64,000 nt of DNA, from positions 90,272,001-90,336,000 of the forward strand of contig NW_027362768.1 of assembly GCF_046119375.1 (NCBI RefSeq). The letters are read 5' to 3'. Below, piece by piece: positions 60,906 through 64,000 of this stretch. Below the pieces are notes generated by a model. The model was not told the DNA's origin. It saw only the letters and a list, made by a program, of their open reading frames with translations, and made no database searches. The stretch comes from Phyllobates terribilis. Taxonomy: Eukaryota. Made by a program: the position numbers and the translations under genes. Position 1 is the stretch's first letter. Every line of letters begins with the position of its first letter.

Positions 60906-63900
60906 CAGACCATGCAATGTTGAGAGAAATTGCAAAAAAAAAACCACCAAGAGCTACAACTCAGATTCTACAAGCCTTAGTTAACTTGTTAAATGCTCAA
61001 GTTTTTGAAAGTACAATCATAATAAAACTGTTTGGATGGGGTGGCAGTAGAAAACCTGTTTTTTCTATTAAAAAAAAGCATGGCATGACAGCTAAGCTTT
61101 GCAAAGTTTCATCTAAACAAATTACAAAACTTGTAGAGCAATGTCCCTTGAACAGATGAGACCAAATTGGAGACGTTCAGCTATATTGCTCTGTGCCACG
61201 TTTGGTGACCTAAACACAGCATATCAGTACTAACATCTAATACCAACTGTCAAGCACGCTGGTGGAGGTGTAATGATTTGGGCTTATTTTGCAGTCACAG
61301 GTGCAGTCATTGAGTTGACCATGGACTCCTTTGTGTACCAACATATTCTAGAGTCAAATGAGAGGCAATATAACCATAAGCTAAAGGTTGGGCAAAAGTA
61401 GGTCATGCAACAGGACCATAATCCCACGCACAGCAGTAAATCTACATTTAAATGGCTGAAAAATAAAAGAATCAAGGTAATGCTCTGGCCCAGTCAGAGT
61501 TCAGACCTCAGCCCAATTGAAATAGTATGGTGAGACTTTAAGAGAGCTGTGCATAAACAAAGGCTGTGAATAAATGAATAAACGTTATCTATGTTGTAAA
61601 GAACAAGAGACTGATAAAGTCATACTGAAATTGATTACTTCAAGTTATTGCTGCTAAAGTTAATTCTAAAAATCAATTCATTCATGGGGTGTACTTAATT
61701 TTTCCACATAATGCATTTTTGCCTAGTTTTACTTAAATAAATATTGTTGCATTTACCTAATTGCAGGACCTTAGTAAATTAGTATTCTCATGTTAATAAA
61801 TTATTTTAGATTAACAGCATGAAAATAAGAATGAAAATGACTTGCTTTTTCTATCCACTGTCATTCTTCTGCAATGAGAGCTTTTATCTTATGAAATGTA
61901 CAGCTGGTTTTCATGGAGCTTAGCCACCAACTGCCTGGCTGAGTACCCAGTAGCTACATTCTAGGAGAGATGTTAGCTCCTAACATATGAGCCACTTCCT
62001 TCCAGCCCTTTGATTTTTGTACAGAATTTAGTTGCTCACCTTTCCCCCTTGCTCTCAGCTGTTCACAGTGCTGCTATTAGTCCTGTGTAATCACAATCTG
62101 ACCCCCATTCTGGGCACACATCATTGGCAGTTTCCATAGCAATTCTCCCAATCATAGCTCTCACTTTCCTGAGCAGTGTGCTTGTTCAAATGCAGTTATC
62201 GCTATATGTAACCATAGTGAAAACAATGTAGACTAGAACAAGCACTGATAGACCATTAATGTATAGTAGCAATAGTAGAGAACAAAGCTGCTCACCAGAA
62301 CTGTCACTCAAGGAGGAGCACCTTCCCCAAACAACAAGGTGTTTGCATAATAATTTATGGGGGCAATGAAAGAGGAATCTGGGACTTCAGCGGGAGGAAA
62401 ATTACTATGTAAAGGCTGGAAAGTTGTGAGATATACTCTTCTGTGTCCCGACAATTATAATTTTTTGTTTTGGGGGGGCAATTACAACTTCTGCTATGGG
62501 GCCCCATGATTTCTATGTACGCCACTGCCTGTGATGTATATGCACCAGCGTCTCCTCTGATATATATGCCTCAACCCCAGTGTATCCTATGTGATGTATA
62601 TGCTACAGTCCCAGCATCTCCTGGTTAATGTATATGCTCCAGCCCCAGCATCTCCTCTGTAATGTATATGCTGCGAGACCAGTGTCTCCTATGCAATGTA
62701 TATTCTCCAGCCCCAGTGTTTCCTATGCCATGTATATGATGCAGCCCCAGTGTCTACTCATCACATCCCAGCCTCAGTAAAGAGAAGCAGCTCCAGCCAT
62801 CACATTAGGGGCGAGTTAATTAAATTGACTGAAATAGCTGTGTATCAATTTAAAATTTAACTTTTAATCAAAGACTTATAAAATAAGGTGCAAGTGCTCA
62901 CAGACTGACATATACACAATAAAAGAGTGATCCACTCATACACTCCTTTTCTCCAGTTATCACACCCAATAACATCAGGTGTTCACATGACCTTTCACGT
63001 GTATAAATGGTTACCCCACCTATACTCAATGCAGGAAAATTTACCCAGAAAGATCCTGCTCAGATGCAATAATGGTCATACAACAAACAGCATCTAATGG
63101 TACACTTCAGTGACAATCTTATTTTAATACTAACTAGATAAGGGTCAGTGTAAAAGATATATTGAAAGATGCTTGTTGGATAGGAGAAAATATAAAGGTA
63201 ACATATTTATTTACCCATAAAGCAGCAATTTGTAGTGTTAGAGTCTTCCAAAAATAAATAACCCTCTTTCATGGTTATGATACTTAAATTGTACACATAC
63301 ACCTAGGGCCAGGGACAGGACTCGCTTAATTTATAACCCTACACCACATATCCCCAGTTTAAATAGACCTGGGAAAAAGAAAGGGAATATAAATGGAATG
63401 ATCTCACCCATAAATATTAGAGACTTCTATTATTCATTCTCATTGAGGTGAGCATCATCATAATACGAACCACCCCGACGCATTTCTTCAAATTGAGTCT
63501 TCAGGGGGAACAGAGGTTCAGAAGTTTCCACTCAGGGGCAAAAGTTTCCTTAGTTTGCGCTGCTACAGCACATGGGAAGGTCCCTCTTTTAAACATCACG
63601 CGCTGCACCTGGACTGGTTGCAGCCTATCACATACTGCCATTCCAAACCTATGATAAAACCACTTCCTCCTTCGTGGAACGCTGACTGACACTTCCGGGG
63701 GTGTGGCTATAACGCACCTCCGGGTTTTCTATGATGCACTTCCGGGTTTGAGTGGAACGCATATTAAATGCGCTCCAAAGAGTGCTTGTCACACCCAGGT
63801 GTGCGGCAATGGGTCCAAACAAAAGCGCTCAGGTCCATAGCCCTAGAACAACCCCTATTGCCAGGGAGATAGGCGGTCCCTGCGGACATATGCATTCCCC

Positions 63901-64000
63901 CGTAGCCTATGCGGGGCGTCTCGTGGAACCCTTATGTAAACTCTATAAAGGAGCTCCACATGCCCTTTCTCAGCATGTACAGAGTCAAAAATTACATTAA

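Larger units (their letters stand above)
52110..62826. repeat. Tandem segmental duplication, unit 2
   Basis: Collinear with 20350-33500. Provides empty sites for the unit 1 insertions. Confidence 0.95.

Noticed and set aside
62827-64000. AT-rich then GC-rich tail with short ORFs; possibly an antisense Penelope pseudo-LTR
   Set aside because: No diagnostic motif, ribozyme core or terminus lies inside the window, and the ORFs show no recognisable domain.

Overview
This is eukaryotic, very likely anuran (frog), repeat-dense genomic DNA. The inference rests on amphibian-type Tc1, hAT, Gypsy, L2, L1, Penelope and V-SINE elements plus an amphibian-like 18S fragment. No prokaryotic features are present. 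1-19 kb is a ~30-bp minisatellite field invaded by a Penelope-derived 2.1-kb palindrome and by a five-level nest: Tc1 > solo LTR > hAT > L1 fragment > solo LTR. An 18S rRNA fragment is also captured inside that hAT. 19-63 kb is a head-to-tail tandem segmental duplication (unit 1 ~19.3-33.8 kb, unit 2 ~52.1-62.8 kb), separated by a 16-kb hAT carrying a full Gypsy provirus and by a Penelope element. The only host-like gene is a small minus-strand gene in each unit. It is predicted to encode a 151-152 aa protein with an Arg-rich N-terminus and a C-terminal RING-H2 finger, and both copies look intact. Main leads: (1) this amplified mini RING-H2 E3 gene; (2) a second tRNA-Ser primer-binding-like site inside every copy of one Gypsy LTR family, which switches between two tRNA-Ser types; (3) several hammerhead-ribozyme motifs in Penelope-derived foldback elements; (4) captured L1 and 18S fragments inside a hAT. 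All alignments, counts and coordinates were read by eye, and boundaries without a stated TSD are approximate.
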